From Lama glama (lineage: Eukaryota): a stretch of 64,000 nt of DNA. A program made the position numbers and the translations under genes. A model generated the notes under the pieces. The model was not told the origin of the DNA. It did no database searches and worked only from the letters and a program-made list of their open reading frames with translations. Shown one piece after another: positions 63,049 to 64,000 of the stretch; within the stretch, counting starts at the first letter, position 1; each line of letters starts with the position of its first letter. The stretch covers positions 7,690,001 through 7,754,000 of the forward strand of contig CM052817.1 of NCBI GenBank assembly GCA_028534125.1, given 5' to 3'.

Positions 63049-64000
63049 TAGTAGGTTATCATTACTTGTAGTAGTTACATAAAGTCACCACAAAGACTGG
63101 ATTAGTGAATACTGAGTCACCACTCCTAGGGGAAAGACAGGGTAAGGTTCCCTGGTCACAGAGAAGCCTCTGGTCACATACATAAACTGATATGTGTCTC
63201 TATTTAAAGACACTTTATCTAATACATATTATTGAGTCATTAACATTGAACTCACAGCCAAGTGCACTCTAACCCACGCTTGAATGAAGCTTATCTGACA
63301 CATGTATTTTCTCTGTAAGTCACACCCATCTTCTTACATGTAGGAACACTAGACAGCACTTCAGCACTTCACTTGGGGGCCCATTTAAACAGCTGACACA
63401 CTATTGATAGATGACTGGATAAAGAAGTTGTGGTATATCTATACAATGGAATACTACTCAGCCATAAAAAGAATAAAATAATGCCATTTGCAGCAACATG
63501 GATGGACCAGGAGATCGCCATTTTAAGTGAAGTAAGCCAGAAAGAGAAAGAAAAATACCACTTGATACCACTTATATGTGGAATCTAAAAAAGAAAAGAG
63601 GACACTAATGACCTCATCTACAAAACAGAAACAGACTTACAGACATAGTAAACAATTTTATGGTTACTGGGGGAAGGGGGTAGAAAAGGATAAATTCGGG
63701 AGTTTGAGATTTGCAAATGTTAACCAGTATATATAAAAATAGATTAAACAAATTTCTTCTGTATAGCACAGGGAACTATATTCAAACATCTTGCAATAAC
63801 CTTTAATGAAAAAGATTATGATAATGAATATATGTATGTATATGCATGACTCGGACATTGTGTGCTGTGCACCAGAAACTGACACACTGTAACTGACTAT
63901 ACTTCAATAAAAAATTAAAAATTAAAAAAATAAAATAAAATAAACAGCTGACACAGCACCAAGAAGCAGAAAAATGCAAAACACATATGACTGAACAGCC
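63049..64000. mobile_element. MER82 (TcMar-Tigger) relic, interrupted by L1 and cut by the window end
   Basis: ctcctaggggaaagacagggtaaggttcc; cattaacattgaactcacagcc; taggaacactagacagcacttcagcact; resumes after the L1 with gcagaaaaatgcaaaa. Confidence 0.85.
63401..63940 (+). mobile_element. 5'-truncated young L1 (camelid-type) with poly(A) and TSD
   Basis: gatgactggataaagaagttgtggtat...complete 3' UTR...A-tail; exact 15-bp TSD taaacagctgacaca at 63386-63400 and 63941-63955. Confidence 0.97.

Noticed and set aside
1..64000. A novel multi-gene system, CRISPR array or endogenous non-retroviral viral gene
   Set aside because: No long ORFs (none above ~150 aa outside the N gap), no repeat-spacer arrays and no recognisable protein domains other than L1/L2 remnants.

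Overview
Mammalian, most likely camelid, non-coding genomic DNA. The taxon call rests on two tRNA-Ala-derived SINEs that resemble the camelid vic-1 family, plus camelid/artiodactyl-type L1 3' ends. The window is intergenic or deep-intronic and dominated by interspersed repeats: MIR, L2 and L3/CR1 relics; several L1 strata and a HAL1-like element; many MaLR/ERVL LTRs, including one LTR-internal-LTR MLT1A-type provirus; hAT and Tigger DNA-transposon relics; microsatellites; and a 500-N assembly gap. I could not recognise any protein-coding exon, RNA gene, CRISPR array or novel multi-gene system. The ORF track is explained by repeats, low complexity or chance. Repeat subfamily names come from remembered consensus sequences, not a RepeatMasker run, and boundaries without TSDs are approximate (tens of bp). 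The observations most worth following up are: (i) a MIR/L2 relic apparently rewritten A/T->G/C into a CpG-dense islet (~24.9-25.2 kb); (ii) a poly(A)-less L1 still flanked by a TSD (~18.3-18.8 kb); (iii) all recognised L1 fragments lying on the + strand; (iv) a TATA/CCAAT promoter-like segment at ~39.0-39.6 kb.
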